The notes under the pieces were generated by a model. That model worked only from the letters and a program-made list of their open reading frames with translations, ran no database searches and was not told the origin of the DNA. Both the position numbers and the translations under genes were made by a program. Shown in pieces: positions 63,901-64,000 of a DNA stretch of 64,000 bases; positions within the stretch are counted from its first letter, which is position 1, and every line of letters begins with the position of its first letter. Origin of the DNA: Candidatus Heimdallarchaeum aukensis (lineage in GTDB: Archaea; Asgardarchaeota; Heimdallarchaeia; Heimdallarchaeales; Heimdallarchaeaceae). The stretch is from positions 896,001 to 960,000 of the forward strand of contig CP084166.1 in the NCBI GenBank assembly GCA_021513695.1. The letters are read 5' to 3'.

Positions 63901-64000
63901 TAAATAGATTTTTCTGATTGGGTTTAAGCTGAACTAAGTAGTGTGAAAATTTCTACTTCAAAGAATGAGCACCAATAGTTAAACCAGTTTAAGCTGAACT
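60972..64000 (+). CRISPR. CRISPR array 2: at least 46 copies of GTTTAAGCTGAACTAAGTAGTGTGAAAAT with 35-40 bp spacers, leader-proximal end at 60972, continues beyond the window end
   Basis: Perfect periodic repeat seen directly; transcribed on the + strand away from cas2. Confidence 0.95.

Noticed and set aside
1-64000. tRNA or rRNA genes
   Set aside because: In this AT-rich background structured RNAs should appear as compact GC-rich islands; the GC-richer patches I found all translate to transposase or coding remnants, and none shows cloverleaf-like complementarity.

Overview
This looks like an AT-rich archaeal accessory region, probably from a methanogen-like euryarchaeon (PGF-CTERM-like anchor, CobN/ChlID chelatase, type I-B cas genes). 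From left to right I see four blocks. (1) Positions 1-19000 hold a cell-surface glycan biosynthesis locus with flippase, GT2/GT4 glycosyltransferases, NDP-sugar dehydratases/epimerases and a DegT aminotransferase. It is heavily disrupted: two near-identical IS4/IS5-like copies, an intact IS6-family element with an 8-bp target duplication, a decayed IS481-like transposase, and several pseudogene fragments that are paralogs of intact genes elsewhere in the locus. (2) Positions 19000-33100 form an accessory island of membrane proteins, two paralogous PAS/GAF sensor-like proteins, an AbrB-like regulator, a TauE-like exporter, a solo TnpB (IS605 family), a P-loop kinase-like protein, a WD40 protein, an FTR1-like iron permease and a second IS481-like pseudogene. 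(3) Positions 33100-41900 are a minus-strand operon of a corrinoid/siderophore-type ABC importer plus a CobN / ChlI-ChlD class I chelatase, with a perfect palindromic candidate operator upstream. (4) Positions 42000-64000 are a complete type I-B CRISPR-Cas locus (cas6-cas8b-cas7-cas5-cas3-cas4-cas1-cas2). It is flanked by two large arrays of the same 29-bp repeat in inverted orientation, each with a conserved leader next to the cas genes: about 92 repeats upstream, and at least 46 downstream running off the window. The most unusual element is a pair of overlapping uncharacterised genes (501 aa and 492 aa, the latter with multiple wHTH/Lrp-like domains) between the array-1 leader and cas6. Other points worth a second look are an orphan degenerate repeat between cas3 and cas4, a 10-spacer tandem duplication inside array 1, and a truncated surface-protein gene abutting the array.
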